A stretch of 64,000 nucleotides of DNA from Eledone cirrhosa (lineage: Eukaryota), in the NCBI GenBank assembly GCA_964016885.1, contig OZ024741.1, positions 415,958,001 to 416,022,000 of the forward strand, read 5' to 3'. The position numbers and the translations under genes were made by a program. The notes under the pieces are model-generated. The model ran no database searches, had not been told where the DNA came from, and worked only from the letters and a program-made list of their open reading frames with translations. This document shows positions 26,901-41,600 of this stretch, one piece after another (the first letter of the stretch is position 1; every line of letters begins with the position of its first letter).

Positions 26901-29900
26901 TTATATTAACTGGGGCCTCTCTTATATTAACTGGGGTCTCTGTTATATTAACTGGGGTCTCTGTTATATTAACTGGGGTCTCGGTTATATTAACTGGGGC
27001 CTCTGTTATATTAACTGGGGCCTCTATTATATTAACTGGGGTCTGTTATATTAACTGGGGTCTCTGTAATATTAACTGGGGTCTCTGTTATATTTACTGG
27101 GGTCTCTGTAATATTAACTGGGGCCTCTGTTATATTAACTGGGGTCTCTGTTATATTAACTGGGGTCTCTGTTATATTAACTGGGGTCTCTGTTATATTA
27201 ACTGGCGTATGTTATATTAACTGGGGTCTCCGTTATATTAACTGGGGTATGTTATATTAACTGGGGCCTCTGTTATATTAACTGGGGCCTCTATTTTATT
27301 AACTGGGGCCTCTGTTATATTAACAAGGGGTCTCTCTTATATTAACTGGGGTCTCTATTATATTATCTGGGGTCTCTGTTATATTAACTGGGGTATGTTA
27401 TATTAACTGGGGTCTGTTATATTAACTGGGGTCTCTGTTATATTAACTGAGGTCTCTGTAATATTAACTGCGGTCTCTGTTATATTAACTGCGGCTTCTA
27501 TTATATTAACTGGGTTCTCTGTTATATTAACTGGGGTCTCTGTTATATTAACTGGGGTCTGTAATATTAACTTGGGCCTCTATTATATTAACTGAGGTCT
27601 CTGTTATATTAACTGGCGTCTCTGTTATATTAACTGGCGTATGTTATATTAACTGGGGCCTCTGTAATATTTACTGGGGTATGTTATATTAACTGGGGTC
27701 TCTGTTGTATTAACTGGGGTCTCTGTTATATTAACTGGGGTTGCTATTATATTAACTGGGGCCTCTATTATATTAACTGAGGTCTCTGTTATATTAACTG
27801 GGGTCTCCGTTATATTAACTGGGGTCTCTGTTATATTAACTGGTGTCTCTGTTATATTAACTGGGGTCTCTGTTATATTAACTGGGGCCTCTGTTATATT
27901 AACTGGGGCCTCTGTTATATTAACTGGGGCCTCTATTATATTAACTGGGGTCTCTATTATATTAACTGGGGTCTCTTTTATATTAACTGGGGTCTGTTAT
28001 ATTAACTGAGATCTCTGTTATATTAACTGGGGTCTGTTATATTAACTGGGGTCTCTGCTATATTAACTGGGGTCTCTGTTATATTAACTGGGGCCTCTAT
28101 TATATTAACTGGGGTCTCTGTAATATTAACTGGGGTCTTGGTTATATTAACTGGGGCCTCTGTTACATTGACTGGGGTCTCTGTTATATTAACTGGGGTC
28201 TCTGTTATATTAACTGGGGCCTCTGTTATATTAACTGGGGTCTCTGTTATATTAACTGGGGTCTCGGTTATATTAACTGGGGCCTCTGTTATATTAACTG
28301 GGGTCTCTGTTATATTAACTAGGGTCTCTGTTATATTAACTGGGGCATCTATTATATTAACTGGGGTCTCTGTTATATTAATTGGGGTCTCTGTTATATT
28401 AACTGGGGTCTGTTATCTTAACTGGGGTCTCTGTTATATTAACTGGGGTCTCTGTTATATTAACTGGATTCTGTTATTAACTGGGGCCTCTATTATATTA
28501 ACTGAGGTCTCTGTTATATTAACTGGGGTCTCGGTTATATTAACTGGGGCCTCTGTTATATTAACTGGGGCCTCTATTATATTAACTGGGGTCTGTTATA
28601 TTAACTGGGGTCTCTGTAATATTAACTGGGGTCTCTGTTATATTTACTGGGGTCTCTGTAATATTAACTGGGGCCTCTATTATATTAACTGGGTCCTCTG
28701 TTATATTAACTGGGGTCTCTGTTATATTAACTGGGGTTTCTGTTATATTAACTGAGGTCTCTGTAATATTAACTGTGGTCTCTGTTATATTAACTGGGGC
28801 CTCTATTATATTAACTGGGTTCTCTGTTATATTAACTGGGGTCTTTGTTATATTAACTGGGGTCTCGGTTATATTAACTGGGGTCTCTGTTATATTAACT
28901 GGGGTCTCTGTTATATTAACTGGGGTCTCTGTTATATTAACTGAGGCCTCTGTTATATTAACTGGGGCCTCTATTATATTAACTGGGGTCTCTGTTATAT
29001 TAACTGGGGTCTCTGTTATATTAATTGGGTTCTCTGTTATATTAACTGGGGTCTCTTATATTAACTGGGGCCTCTATTATATTAACTGAGGTCTCTGTTA
29101 TATTAACTGGGTCTCTGTTATATTAACTGGGGTATGTTATATTAACTGGGGTCTCTGTTATATTAACTGGAGTCTCTATTATATTAACTGGGGCCTCTGT
29201 TATATTAACTGGGGTCTCTGTTATATTAACTGAGGTCTCTGTTATATTAACTGGGGTTTGTTATATTAACTGGGGTATGTTATATTAACTGGGGTATGTT
29301 ATATTAACTGGTGTCTCTGTTATATTAACTGGGGTCTCTGTTGTATTAACTGGGGTCTCTGTTATATTAAATGGTGTCTCTGTTATATTAACTGGGGCCT
29401 CTGTTATATTAACTGGGGCCTCTGTTATATTAACTGGGGCCTCTATTATATTAACTGGGGTCTCTGTTATATTAACTGGGGTCTCTGTTATATTAACTGG
29501 GGTCTGTTATATTAACTGAGATCTCTGTTATATTAACTGGGGTCTGTTATATTAACTGGGGTCTCTGTTATATTAACTGGGGCCTCTATTATATTAACTG
29601 GGGTCTCTGTAATATTAACTGGGGTCTTGGTTATATTAACTGGGGCCTCTGTTACATTAACTGGGGTCTCTGTTATATTAACTGGGGTCTCTTTTATATT
29701 AACTGGGGTCTCTGTTATATTAACTGGGGTCTGTTATATTAACTGGGGTCTCTGTTATACTAACTGGGGCCTCTGTTATATTAACTGGGGTCTCGGTTAT
29801 ATTAACCGGGGCCTCTGTTATATTAACTGGGGTCTCTGTTATATTAACTAGGGTCTCTGTTATATTAACTGGGGCATCTATTATATTAACTGGGGTCTCT

Positions 29901-32900
29901 GTTATATTAATTGGGGTCTCTGTTATATTAACTGGGGTCTGTTATCTTAACTGGGGTCTCTGTTATATTAACTGGGGTCTCTGTTATATTAACTGGGTTC
30001 TGTTATTAACTGGGGCCTCTATTATATTAACTGAGGTCTCTGTTATATTAACTGGGGTCTGCTCTATTAACTGGGGTCTCTGTTATATTAACTGGGGTCT
30101 CTGTTATATTAACTGGGGTCTCTGTTATATTAACTGGGGTCTCGGTTATATTAACTGGGGCCTCTGTTATATTAACTGGGGCCTCTATTATATTAACTGG
30201 GGTCTGTTATATTAACTGGGGTCTCTGTAATATTAACTGGGGTCTCTGTTATATTTACTGGGGTCTCTGTAATATTAACTGGGGCCTCTATTATATTAAC
30301 TGGGTCCTCTGTTATATTAACTGGGGTCTCTGTTATATTAACTGAGGTCTCTGTTATATTAACTGGGGTATGTTATATTAACTGGGGTATGTTATATTAA
30401 CTGGGGTATGTTATATTAACTGGTGTCTCTGTTATATTAACTGGGGTCTCTGTTATATTAACTGGGGTCTCTGTTATATTAAATGGTGTCTCTGTTATAT
30501 TAACTGGGGTCTCTGTTATATTAACTGGGGCCTCTGTTATATTAACTGGGGCCTCTGTTATATTAACTGGGGCCTCTATTATATTAACTGAGACCTCTGT
30601 TATATTAACTGGGGTCTGTTATATTAACTGGGGTCTCTGCTATATTAACTGGGGTCTCTCTTATTTTAACTGGGGCCTCTATTATATTAACTGGGGTCTC
30701 TGTAATATTAACTGGGGTCTTGGTTATATTAACTGGGGCATCTGTTACATTAACTGGGGTCTCTGTTATATTAACTGGGGTCTCTGTTATATTAACTGGG
30801 GCCTCTGTTATATTAACTGGGGTCTCTGTTATATTAACTGGGGTCTGTTATATTAACTGGGGTCTCTGTTATACTAACTGGGGCCTCTATTATATTAACT
30901 GGGGTCTCGGTTATATTAACTGGGGCCTCTGTTATATTAACTGGGGTCTCTGTTATATTAACTAGGGTCTCTGTTATATTAACTGGGGCATCTATTATAT
31001 TAACTGGGGTCTCTGTTATATTAATTGGGGTCTCTTTTATATTAACTGGGGTCTGTTATCTTAACTGGGGTCTCTGTTATATTAACTGGGGTCTCTGTTA
31101 TATTAACTGGGTTCTGTTATTAACTGGGGCCTCTATTATATTAACTGAGGTCTCTGTTGTATTAACTGGGGTCTGCTATATTAACTGGGGTCTCTGTTAC
31201 ATTAACTGGGGTCTCTGTTATATTAACTGGGGTCTCTGTTATATTAACTGGGGTCTCGGTTATATTAACTGGGGCCTCTGTTATATTAACTGGGGCCTCT
31301 ATTATATTAACTGGGGTCTGTTATATTAACTGGGGTCTCTGTAATATTAACTGGGGTCTCTGTTATATTTACTGGGGTCTCTGTAATATTAACTGGGGCC
31401 TCTATTATATTAACTGGGTCCTCTGTTATATTGACTGGGGTCTCTGTTATATTAACTGGGGTCTCTGTTATATTAACTGAGGTCTCTGTAATATTAACTG
31501 TGGTCTCTGTTATATTAACTGCGGCCTCTATTATATTAACTGGGTTCTCTGTTATATTAACTGGGGTCTTTGTTATATTAACTGGGGTCTCGGTTATATT
31601 AACTGGGGTCTCTGTTATATTAACTGGGGTCTCTGTTATATTAACTGGGGTCTCTGTTATATTAACTGAGGCCTCTGTTATATTAACTGGGGCCTCTATT
31701 ATATTAACTGGGTTCTCTGTTATATTAACTGGGGTCTCTTATATTAACTGGGGCCTCTATTATGTTAACTGAGGTCTCTGTTATATTAACTGAGGTCTCT
31801 GTTATATTAACTGGGGTATGTTATATTAACTGGGGTATGTTATATTAACTGGGGTACGTTATATTAACTGGTGTCTCTGTTATATTAACTGGGGTCTCTG
31901 TTATATTAACTGGGGTCTCTGTTATATTAACTGAGGTCTCTGTTATATTAACTGGGGTATGTTATATTAACTGGGGTATGTTATATTAACTGGGGTATGT
32001 TATATTAACTGGTGTCTCTGTTATATTAACTGGGGTCTCTGTTATATTAACTGGGGTCTCTGTTATATTAAATGGTGTCTCTGTTATATTAACTGGGGTC
32101 TCTGTTATATTAACTGGGGCCTCTGTTATATTAACTGGGGCCTCTGTTATATTAACTGGGGCCTCTATTATATTAACTGGGGTCTCTGTTATATTAACTG
32201 GGGTCTCTGTTATATTAACTGGGGTCTGTTATATTAACTGAGATCTCTGTTATATTAACTGGGGTCTGTTATATTAACTGGGGTCTCTGCTATATTAACT
32301 GGGGTCTCTGTTATATTAACTGGGGCCTCTATTATATTAACTGGGGTCTCTGTAATATTAACTGGGGTCTTGATTGTATTAACTGGGGCCTCTGTTACAT
32401 TAACTGGGGTCTCTGTTATATTAACTGGGGTCTCTATTATATTAACTGGGGTCTCTGTTATATTAACTGGGGTCTCTGTTATATTAATTGGGTTCTCTGT
32501 TATATTAACTGGGGTCTCTTATATTAACTGGGGCCTCTATTATATTAACTGAGGTCTCTGTTATATTAACTGGGTCTCTGTTATATTAACTGGGCTATGT
32601 TATATTAACTGGGGTCTCTGTTATATTAACTGGGGTCTCTATTATATTAACTGGGGCCTCTGTTATATTAACTGGGGTCTCTGTTATATTAACTGAGGTC
32701 TCTGTTATATTAACTGGGGTCTCTGTTATATTAACTGGGGTATGTTATATTAACTGGGGTATGTTATATTAACTGGTGTCTCTGTTATATTAACTGGGGT
32801 CTCTGTTATATTAACTGGGGTCTCTGTTATATTAAATGGTGTCTCTGTTATATTAACTGGGGTCTCTGTTATATTAACTGGGGCCTCTGTTATATTAACT

Positions 32901-34819
32901 GGGGCCTCTGTTATATTAACTGGGGCCTCTACTATATTAACTGGGGTCTCTGTTATATTAACTGGGGTCTCTGTTATATTAACTGGGGCCTCTGTTATAT
33001 TAAATGGGGCCTCTATTATATTAACTGGTGTCTCTGTTATATTAACTGGGGTCTCTGTTATATTAACTGGGGTCTCTGTTATATTAACTGGGGTCTCTGT
33101 TATATTAACTGGGGTCTCTGTTATATTAACTGAGATCTCTGTTATATTAACTGGGTCTGTTATATTAACTGGGGTCTCTGCTATATTAACTGGGGTCTCT
33201 GTTATATTAACAGGGGCCTCTATTATATTAACTGGGGTCTCTGTAATATTAACTGGGGTCTTGGTTATATTAACTGGGGCCTCTGTTACATTAACTGGGG
33301 TCTCTGTTATATTAACTGGGGTCTCTGTTATATTAACTGGGGCCTCTGTTATATTAACTGGGGTCTCTGTTATATTAACTGGTGTCTGTTATATTAACTG
33401 GGGTCTCTGTTATATTAACTGGTGTATGTTATATTAACTGGGGCCTCTATTATATTAACTGGGGTCTCTGTTATATTAACTGGGGTCTCTGTTATATTAA
33501 CTGGGGTCTCTATTATATTAACTGGTGTCTCTGTTATATTAACTGGGGTCTCTGTTATATTAAATGGGGCCTCTATTATATTAACTGGGGTCTCTGTTAT
33601 ATTAACTGGGGTCTCTGTTATATTAACTGGGGTATGTTATATTAACTGGGGCCTCTGTTATATTAACTGGGGCCTCTATTATATTAACTGGGGCCTCTGT
33701 TATATTAACTGGGGTCTCTGTTATATTAACTGGGGTCTCTGTTATATTAACTGGGGTCTCTATTATATTATCTGGGGTCTCTGTTATATTAACTGGGGTC
33801 TCTGTTATATTAACTGGGGCCTCTGTTATATTAGTGGGGTATGTTATGTTAACTGGGGTCTCTATTATATTAACTGGGGTCTCTGTTATATTAACTGGGG
33901 CCTCTGTTATATTAACTGGGGTATGTTATATTAACTGGGACCGTTGTTATATTAACAGGGGCCTCTATTATATGAACTGGGGCCTCTATTATATTAACTG
34001 GGGCCTCTATTATATTAACTGGGGCTTCTATTATATTAACTGGGGCCTCTATTATATTAACTGGGGCCTCTGTTATATTAACTAGGGTCTCTGTTATATT
34101 AACTGGGGTCTCTGTTATACTAACTGGGGTATGTTATATTAACTGGGGTCTCTGTTATATTAACTGGGGCCTCTGTTATATTAAGTGGTGTATGTTATAT
34201 TAACTGGGGCCTCTGTTATATTAACTGGGGTCTCTGTTATATTAACTGGGGTCTCTGTTATATTAACTAGGGTTTCTGTTATATTAACTGGGGTCTCTGT
34301 TATATTAACTGGGGTCTCGGTTATATTAACTGGGGCCTCTGTTATATTAACTGGGGCCTCTATTATATTTACTGGGGTCTGTTATATTAACTGTGGTCTC
34401 TGTAATATTAACTGGGGTCTCTGTTATATTTACTGGGGTCTCTGTAATATTAACTGGGGCCTCTGTTATATTAACTGGGGTCTCTGTTATATTAACTGGG
34501 GTCTCTGTTATATTAACTGGGGTCTCTGTTATATTAACTGGCGTATGTTATATTAACTGGGGTCTCTGTTATATTAACTGGGGTCTCTGTTATATTAACT
34601 GGGGTCTCTATTATATTAACTGGGGTCTCTGTTATATTAACTGGGGTCTGTTATATTAACTGAGATCTCTGTTATATTAACTGGGGTCTGTTATATTAAC
34701 TGGTGTCTCTGCTATATTAACTGGGGTCTCTGTTATATTAACTGGGGCCTCTATTATATTAACTGGGGTCTCTGTTATATTAAATGGGCCCTTTATTATA
34801 TTAACTGGGGTCTCTGTTA

Positions 34820-37800
34820 TATTAACTGGGGTCTCTGTTATATTAACTGGGGTATGTTATATTAACTGGGGCCTCTGTTATATTAACTGGGGCCTCTATT
34901 ATATTAACTGGGGGCTCTGTTATATTAACTGGGGTCTCTGTTATATTAACTGGGGTCTCTGTTATATTAACTGGGGTCTCTATTATATTATCTGGGGTCT
35001 CTGTTATATTAACTGGGGTCTCTGTTATATTAACTGGGGCCTCTGTTATATTAGTGGGGTATGTTATGTTAACTGGGGTCTCTATTATATTAACTAGGGT
35101 CTCTGTTATATTAACTGGTGCCTCTGTTATATTAACTGGGGCCTCTGTTATATTAACTGGGGTATGTTATATTAACTGGGACCGTTGTTATATTAACAGG
35201 GGCCTCTATTATATTAACTGGGGCCTCTATTATATTAACTGGGGCCTCTATTATATTAACTGGGGCGTCTATTATATTAACTGGGGCCTCTATTATATTA
35301 ACTGGGGCCTCTGTTATATTAACTAGGGTCTCTGTTATATTAACTGGGGTCTCTGTTATATTAACTGGGGTATGTTATATTAACTGGGGTCTCTGTTATA
35401 TTAACTGGGGCCTCTGTTATATTAAGTGGGGTATGTTATATTAACTGGGGCCTCTGTTATATTAACTGTGGTATGTTATATTAACTGGGGTCTCTGTTAT
35501 ATTAACTGGGGCCTCTGTTATATTAAGTGGGGTATGTTATATTAACTGGGGCCTCTGTTATATTAACTGGGGTCTCTGTTATATTAAGTGGGGTATGTTA
35601 TATTAACTGGGGCCTCTGTTATATTAACTGGGGCCTCTGTTATATTAAGTGGGGTATGTTATATTAACTGGGGTCTCTGTTATATTAACTGGGGCCTCTG
35701 TTATATTAACTGGGTTCAGTTATATTAACTGGGGCCTCTGTTATATTAACTGGGGCCTCTGTTATATTGACTGGGGCCTCTGTTATATTAACTGGGCCCT
35801 CTGTTATATTAACTGGGGTCTCTGTTATATTAACTGGGGTCTCTGTTATATTAACTGGGGCCTCTGTTATATTAACTGGGGTCTCTGTTATATTAACTGG
35901 GGTCTGTTATATTAACTGGGGTCTCTGTTATATTAACTGGTGTATGTTATATTAACTGGGGCCTCTATTATATTAACTGGGGTCTCTGTTATATTAACTG
36001 GGGTGTCTGTTATATTAACTGGGGCCTCTATTATAGTAACTGGGGTCTCTGTTATGTTAACTGGGGTCTCTGTTATATTAACTGGGTTCTGTTATTAACT
36101 GGGGCCTCTATTATATTAACTGAGGTCTCTGTTATATTAACTGGGGTCTCTGTTATATTAACTGGCGTATGTTATATTAACTGGGGTCTCTGTTATATTA
36201 ACTGGGGTATGTTATATTAACTGGGGCCTCTGTTATATTAACTGGGGCCTCTATTATATTAACTGGGGCCTCTGTTATATTAACTGGGGTCTCTGTTATA
36301 TTAACTGGGGTCTCTGTTATATTAACTGGGTCTCTATTATATTATCTGGTGTCTCTGTTATATTAACTTGGGTATGTTATATTAACTGCGGCCTCTGTTA
36401 TATTAACTGGGGCCTCTATTATATTAACAGGGGCCTCTGTTATATTAACTGGGGTCTCTGTTATATTAGCTGGGGTCTCTGTTATATTTACTGGGGTCTC
36501 TGTAATATTAACTGGGGCCTCTGTTATATTAACTGGGGTCTCTGTTATATTAACTGGGGTCTCTGTTATATTAACTGGGGTCTCTGTTATATTAACTGGC
36601 GTATGTTATATTAACTGGGGTCTCTGTTATATTAACTGGGGTATGTTATATTAACTGCGGCCTCTGTTATATTAACTGGGGCCTCTATTATATTAACTGG
36701 GGCCTCTGTTATATTAACTGGGGTCTCTGTTATATTAACTGGGGTATGTTATATTAACTGGGGCCTCTGTTATATTAACTGGGGCCTCTATTATATTAAC
36801 TGGGGCCTCTGTTATATTAACTGGGGTCTCTGTTATATTAACTGGGGTCTCTGTTATATTAACTGGGGTCTCTATTATATTATCTGGGGTCTCTGTTATA
36901 TTAACTGGGGTCTCTGTTATATTAACTGGGGCCTCTGTTATATTAGTGGGGTATGTTATGTTAACTGGGGTCTCTATTATATTAACTAGGGTCTCTGTTA
37001 TATTAACTGGTGCCTCTGTTATATTAACTGGGGCCTCTGTTATATTAACTGGGGTATGTTATATTAACTGGGACCGTTGTTATATTAACAGGGGCCTCTA
37101 TTATATTAACTGGGGCCTCTATTATATTAACTGGGGCCTCTATTATATTAACTGGGGCGTCTATTATATTAACTGGGGCCTCTATTATATTAACTGGGGC
37201 CTCTGTTATATTAACTAGGGTCTCTGTTATATTAACTGGGGTCTCTGTTATATTAACTGGGGTATGTTATATTAACTGGGGTCTCTGTTATATTAACTGG
37301 GGCCTCTGTTATATTAAGTGGGGTATGTTATATTAACTGGGGCCTCTGTTATATTAACTGTGGTATGTTATATTAACTGGGGTCTCTGTTATATTAACTG
37401 GGGCCTCTGTTATATTAAGTGGGGTATGTTATATTAACTGGGGCCTCTGTTATATTAACTGGGGTCTCTGTTATATTAAGTGGGGTATGTTATATTAACT
37501 GGGGCCTCTGTTATATTAACTGGGGCCTCTGTTATATTAAGTGGGGTATGTTATATTAACTGGGGTCTCTGTTATATTCACTGGGGCCTCTGTTATATTA
37601 ACTGGGTTCAGTTATATTAACTGGGGCCTCTGTTATATTAACTGGGGCCTCTGTTATATTGACTGGGGCCTCTGTTATATTAACTGGTGCCTCTGTTATA
37701 TTAACTGGGGTCTCTGTTATATTAACTGGGGTCTCTGTTATATTAACTGGGGCCTCTGTTATATTAACTGGGGTCTCTGTTATATTAACTGGGGTCTGTT

Positions 37801-38610
37801 ATATTAACTGGGGTCTCTGTTATATTAACTGGTGTATGTTATATTAACTGGGGCCTCTATTATATTAACTGGGGTCTCTGTTATATTAACTGGGGTGTCT
37901 GTTATATTAACTGGGGCCTCTATTATAGTAACTGGGGTCTCTGTTATGTTAACTGGGGTCTCTGTTATATTAACTGGGTTCTGTTATTAACTGGGGCCTC
38001 TATTATATTAACTGAGGTCTCTGTTATATTAACTGGGGTCTCTGTTATATTAACTGGCGTATGTTATATTAACTGGGGTCTCTGTTATATTAACTGGGCT
38101 ATGTTATATTAACTGGGGCCTCTGTTATATTAACTGGGGCCTCTATTATATTAACTGGGGCCTCTGTTATATTAACTGGGGTCTCTGTTATATTAACTGG
38201 GGTCTCTGTTATATTAACTGGGTCTCTATTATATTATCTGGTGTCTCTGTTATATTAACTTGGGTATGTTATATTAACTGCGGCCTCTGTTATATTAACT
38301 GGGGCCTCTATTATATTAACAGGGGCCTCTGTTATATTAACTGGGGTCTCTGTTATATTAACTGGGGTCTCTGTTATATTTACTGGGGTCTCTGTAATAT
38401 TAACTGGGGCCTCTGTTATATTAACTGGGGTCTCTGTTATATTAACTGGGGTCTCTGTTATATTAACTGGGGTCTCTGTTATATTAACTGGCGTATGTTA
38501 TATTAACTGGGGTCTCTGTTATATTAACTGGGGTATGTTATATTAACTGCGGCCTCTGTTATATTAACTGGGGCCTCTATTATATTAACTGGGGCCTCTG
38601 TTATATTAAC
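34820..38610 (+). repeat. Tandem duplication of a 1892-bp block of monomers
   Basis: ORF pairs 35054/36946, 35649/37541 and 35767/37659 are all offset by 1892 bp. The rare monomer GGGACCGTTG occurs at 35181 and 37073. Confidence 0.9.
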
Positions 38611-41600
38611 TGGTGTCTCTGTTATATTAACTGGGGTCTCTGTTATATTAACTAGGGTTTCTGTTATATTAACTGGGGTCTCTGTTATATTAACTGGGGT
38701 CTCGGTTATATTAACTGGGGCCTCTGTTATATTAACTGGGGCCTCTATTATATTTACTGGGGTCTGTTATATTAACTGGGGTCTCTGTAATATTAACTGG
38801 GGTCTCTGTTATATTTACTGGGGTCTCTGTAATACTAACTGGGGCCTCTGTTATATTAACTGGGGTCTCTGTTATATTAACTGGGGTCTCTGTTATATTA
38901 ACTGGGGTCTCTGTTATATTAACTGGCGTATGTTATATTAACTGGGGTCTCTGTTATATTAACTGGGGTATGTTATATTAACTGGGGCCTCTGTTATATT
39001 AACTGGGGCCTCTATTTTATTAACTGGGGCTTCTGTTATATTAACAAGGGGTCTCTGTTATATTAACTGGGGTCTCTGTTATATTAACTGGGGTCTCTAT
39101 TATATTATCTGGGGTCTCTGTTATATTAACTGGGGTATGTTATATTAACTGGGGTCTGTTATATTAACTGGGGTCTCTATTATATTAACTGAGGTCTCTG
39201 TAATATTAACTGCGGTCTCTGTTATATTAACTGGGGCTTCTATTATATTAACTGGGTTCTCTGTTATATTAACTGGAGTCTCTGTTATATTAACTGGGGT
39301 CTGTAATATTAACTTGGGCCTCTATTATATTAACTGAGGTCTCTGTTATATTAACTGGGGTCTCTGTTATATTAACTGGCGTATGTTATATTAACTGGGG
39401 CCTCTGTAATATTAACTGGGGTATGTTATATTAACTGGGGTCTCTGTTATATTAACTGGGGTCTCTGTTTTATTAACTGGGGTCGCTATTATATTAACTG
39501 GGGCCTCTATTATATTAACTGAGGTCTCTGTTATATTAACTGGGGTCTCTGTTATATTAACTGGGGTCTCTGTTATATTAACTGGGGTCTCTGTTATATT
39601 AAATGGTGTCTCTGTTATATTAACTGGGGTCTCTGTTATATTAACTGGGGCCTCTGTTATATTAACTGGGGCCTCTGTTATATTAACTGGGGCCTCTATT
39701 ATATTAACTGGGGTCTCTGTTATATTAACTGGGGTCTCTTTTATATTAACTGGGGTCTGTTATATTAACTGAGATCTCTGTTATATTAACTGGGGTCTGT
39801 TATATTAACTGGGGTCTCTGCTATATTAACTGGGGTCTCTGTTATATTAACTGGCGCCTCTATTATATTAACTGGGGTCTCTGTAATATTAACTGGGGTC
39901 TTGGTTATATTAACTGGGGCCTCTGTTACATTAACTGGGGTCTCTGTTATATTAACTGGGGTCTCTGTTATATTAACTGGGGCCTCTGTTATATTAACTG
40001 GGGTCTCTGTTATATTAACTGGGGTCTGTTATATTAACTGGGGTCTCTGTTATACTAACTGGGGCCTCTGTTATATTAACTGGGGTCTCTGTTATATTAA
40101 CTGGGGTCTCTGTTATATTAAATGGTGTCTCTGTTATATTAACTGGGGTCTCTGTTATATTAACTGGGGCCTCTGTTATATTAACTGGGGCCTCTGTTAT
40201 ATTAACTGGGGCCTCTATTATATTAACTGGGGTCTCTGTTATATTAACTGGGGCCTCTATTATATTAACTGAGGTCTCTGTTATATTAACTGGGGTCTCT
40301 GTTATATTAACTGGCGTATGTTATATTAACTGGGGTCTCTGTTATATTAACTGGGGTATGTTATATTAACTGGGGTCACTGTTATATTAACTGGGGCCTC
40401 TATTATATTAACTGGGGCCTCTGTTATATTAACTGGGGTCTCTGTTATATTAACTGGGGTCTCTGTTATATTAACTGGGTCTCTATTATATTATCTGGTG
40501 TCTCTGTTATATTAACTGGGGTATGTTATATTAACTGCGGCCTCTGTTATATTAACTGGGGCCTCTATTATATTAACTGGGGCCTCTGTTATATTAACTG
40601 GGGTCTCTGTTATATTAACTGGGGTCTCTGTTATATTAAATGGTGTCTCTGTTATATTAACTGGGGTCTCTGTTATATTAACTGGGGCCTCTGTTATATT
40701 AACTGGGGCCTCTGTTATATTAACTGGGGCCTCTATTATATTAACTGGGGTCTCTGTTATATTAACTGGGGTCTCTTTTATATTAACTGGGGTCTGTTAT
40801 ATTAACTGAGATCTCTGTTATATTAACTGGGGTCTGTTATATTAACTGGGGTCTCTGCTATATTAACTGGGGTCTCTGTTATATTAACTGGGGCCTCTAT
40901 TATATTAACTGGGGTCTCTGTAATATTAACTGGGGTCTTGGTTATATAAACTGGGGCCTCTGTTACATTAACTGGGGTCTCTGTTATATTAACTGGGGTC
41001 TCTGTTATATTAACTGGGGCCTCTGTTATATTAACTGGGGTCTCTGTTATATTAACTGGGGTCTGTTATATTAACTGGGGTCTCTGTTATACTAACTGGG
41101 GCTTCTGTTATATTAACTGGGGTCTCTGTTATATTAACTGGGGTCTCTGTTATATTAACTGGGGTCTCTGTTATATTAACTGGGTCTCTATTATATTATC
41201 TGGTGTCTCTGTTATATTAACTTGGGTATGTTATATTAACTGCGGCCTCTGTTATATTAACTGGGGCCTCTATTATATTAACAGGGGCCTCTGTTATATT
41301 AACTGGGGTCTCTGTTATATTAACTGGGGTCTCTGTTATATTTACTGGGGTCTCTGTAATATTAACTGGGGCCTCTGTTATATTAACTGGGGTCTCTGTT
41401 ATATTAACTGGGGTCTCTGTTATATTAACTGGGGTCTCTGTTATATTAACTGGCGTATGTTATATTAACTGGGGTCTCTGTTATATTAACTGGGGTATGT
41501 TATATTAACTGCGGCCTCTGTTATATTAACTGGGGCCTCTATTATATTAACTGGGGCCTCTGTTATATTAACTGGTGTCTCTGTTATATTAACTGGGGTC

